A stretch of 64,000 bases of DNA, from assembly GCA_011364975.1 (NCBI GenBank), contig RDOE01000005.1:1-64000 (forward strand). Reading direction: 5' to 3'. A program made the position numbers and the translations under genes. This document shows positions 62,254 through 64,000 of this stretch, one piece after another. Position 1 is the first letter of the stretch, and every line of letters starts with the position of its first letter. Below the pieces are notes generated by a model. It did no database searches. It was not told where the DNA came from and saw only the letters and a program-made list of their open reading frames with translations. This DNA is from Promethearchaeota archaeon. Its GTDB lineage: Archaea; Asgardarchaeota; Lokiarchaeia; Sigyniarchaeales; SOKP01.

Positions 62254-62916
62254 ATGGGTTTTTTAATCAAAGTCTCATCTAAAAAAATTGAAGAAATCCA
62301 ATATGTTCTAGATATTGCTTTAGAACAGATTGTAGAAGGAAAGATTATCGCCTTCCCAACGGATTCTGTTTATGGGATTGGGGGTGATCCAAAGAATCTA
62401 GATGTTATTGAAAAAATTTTTCAAATAAAATTTAGGGACAGATCGAAGGGTTTACTATTATTAGTGTACGATCTAGAAGAAGCAAAAAAAATTGCTGAAT
62501 TTAATGAAATGGCAGAGAAATTAGCGAATCATTTCTGGCCGGGTCAATTAACATTAATCTTAAAAAGAAAAATTCCAAATATAATTCCAGCAGAAGTAAC
62601 TGCATTTCAAGATACAATTGGAATTCGAGTTCCGAGTAATGAGATAATAAGAAATATCTTACTTCTTTTAAAGAAGCAGAACATTTTTGGAGGGCTTATC
62701 GGTACATCAGCGAATTATTCAAATGAACCGCCTGCTATTAGTGGAGATGAGATTGCGAAAAAATTTTTAACTCCTATTGACCTAATCATTGATGGGGGTA
62801 AATCAAAATCTAAGATACCAACAACCATTGTTGATTGTACGACTAATAAGCCGAAATTCCTTCGAATTGGGTTAATTTCAGAAGAAGAAATAATCAATAT
62901 ATTGAATCAGAACTAA
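62254..62916 (+). CDS. tsaC: Threonylcarbamoyl-AMP synthase (YrdC/TsaC domain only)
   Basis: FPTDSVYG, KxR, WPG.LT, TSAN. Confidence 0.93.
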   Translation: MGFLIKVSSKKIEEIQYVLDIALEQIVEGKIIAFPTDSVYGIGGDPKNLDVIEKIFQIKFRDRSKGLLLLVYDLEEAKKIAEFNEMAEKLANHFWPGQLTLILKRKIPNIIPAEVTAFQDTIGIRVPSNEIIRNILLLLKKQNIFGGLIGTSANYSNEPPAISGDEIAKKFLTPIDLIIDGGKSKSKIPTTIVDCTTNKPKFLRIGLISEEEIINILNQN

Positions 62917-62936
62917 AATTATATGGTTAGCGTTTA

Positions 62937-63455
62937 ATGAATAATTTTAATTTATTAATATCTAGTTCTAGATATAATGAAACTAATGCAGGGGCAGAAT
63001 TATGGTTTACATTATTAATATGTGGGGACAAATATCCAATTATATCTAGTTTAGATTTTCCTGGTCTAATTACCGCAACAACTAATTTAAACAACAGGGA
63101 TATCCTTTCAAAAGTTAAGGAGATTCTGAGCAAAGATAAAAATTTTTTCAAATTCATATTGAAGATTGTCCCCATTGACCACGTTTGTGAAACCAATTTG
63201 AATTTTATAAAGGAATTTGTTAATTTTCATTATAGTCAATATATTCATGAAAATGATACTTTTCGAATTGATCTAAAAAGAAGGAAAAGTAAAATTATAG
63301 AGCGAAATTCTTTTATTAATACTATAGCGAACCTTATCAAGAACAAAGTTAATTTAGATTTTCCAGACAAAATAATAAGGTTTGAAATTTTAGGAAATAT
63401 GTCAGGAATATCATTTTTAAAACCAACTGACATTATCAATACAACAGAATTATAG
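62937..63455 (+). CDS. THUMP domain protein
   Basis: ILKIVPI, TFRI...RR, KVNLDFPD..I..E. Confidence 0.88.
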   Translation: MNNFNLLISSSRYNETNAGAELWFTLLICGDKYPIISSLDFPGLITATTNLNNRDILSKVKEILSKDKNFFKFILKIVPIDHVCETNLNFIKEFVNFHYSQYIHENDTFRIDLKRRKSKIIERNSFINTIANLIKNKVNLDFPDKIIRFEILGNMSGISFLKPTDIINTTEL

Positions 63456-63998
63456 TAATGAGTTAAGTGTTATTTTTTCAAGACTTAAGAGTATCATTTT
63501 TTCTCGAATTATGTCAGAAAGAGCTAAAAAAAGATCATCTAATGGAAAGTCAAGCAAATTTTTTTTTTCCTTATATAAGTTATATGACTTTAGAATTACT
63601 TTTAATTGATTATCTGTAATATTAAAATAATTTTTAATTCGATAAAATTTTTCAATCGATTTACTTTCTATCTCTAACTTAATTTCATTTAATGTGATTT
63701 TCTTTTTTAAATCCAAGTAAATCATTTCAAGATTATTCTGAGGGGAAATTATGCAAATGAGATAATTTTGTTTTAAACCGTTATTATAATCAAGTCCAAA
63801 ATCATAAATGGCATTTTTAATTTGTCTATTTGTTGAAAGGTACAGTAATAATTCGATATTTTTAGATTTGGAGATATTAATTTTCGATAAAAAAGCTTTA
63901 TGTGCAAAATAACAAGCGGATAATATATGTTCGGTATTGACAATATACTTTTCGTTAAAGATTTGTAGTACTACATGATTATAATTATTCTCAATATA
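63450..63998 (-). CDS. cgi121: KEOPS subunit Cgi121 (5' end beyond the window)
   Basis: Open frame to the window edge reads HILSAC.FA.KAF...NISK...IELLLYLSTNRQI..AI..FG. Confidence 0.85.
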   Translation of the reverse strand, partial: YIENNYNHVVLQIFNEKYIVNTEHILSACYFAHKAFLSKINISKSKNIELLLYLSTNRQIKNAIYDFGLDYNNGLKQNYLICIISPQNNLEMIYLDLKKKITLNEIKLEIESKSIEKFYRIKNYFNITDNQLKVILKSYNLYKEKKNLLDFPLDDLFLALSDIIREKMILLSLEKITLNSLL

Positions 63999-64000
63999 AT

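Noticed and set aside
1018-63439. Many short ORFs antisense or out of frame within long genes (e.g. 2440-2967, 16264-16638, 48363-48785, 61086-61517)
   Set aside because: Shadows of well-supported genes with no motifs of their own

Overview
AT-rich archaeal chromosomal window, most likely from an Asgard archaeon (Lokiarchaeia-like). This rests on archaeal information-processing genes (Rpo6, Hef, SRP54, eIF5A, Nob1, FEN1, Cdc48, ZPR1, Cgi121) occurring together with eukaryote-signature-type proteins (Rab-like GTPase, roadblock/LC7, longin-like, Vps29-like, SDS22-type LRR). It holds about 55 CDSs and one tRNA. No rRNA, CRISPR array or transposase was seen. Highlights: (1) a tRNA-Val(CAC) with three BHB introns, all at non-canonical positions; (2) three conserved genes whose N-termini lack any ATG/GTG/TTG, implying ATT/ATA initiation; (3) a minus-strand module of FGGY kinase, SCP2, a 2-hydroxyacid dehydrogenase-class II aldolase fusion and a catalytically dead DapA barrel fused to an APH-like kinase; (4) a CAAX-protease/Vps29-like/roadblock cluster and a 7TM/longin pair; (5) an LRR gene broken by a 4-bp duplication. 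All calls come from motif reading by eye; no database searches were run.
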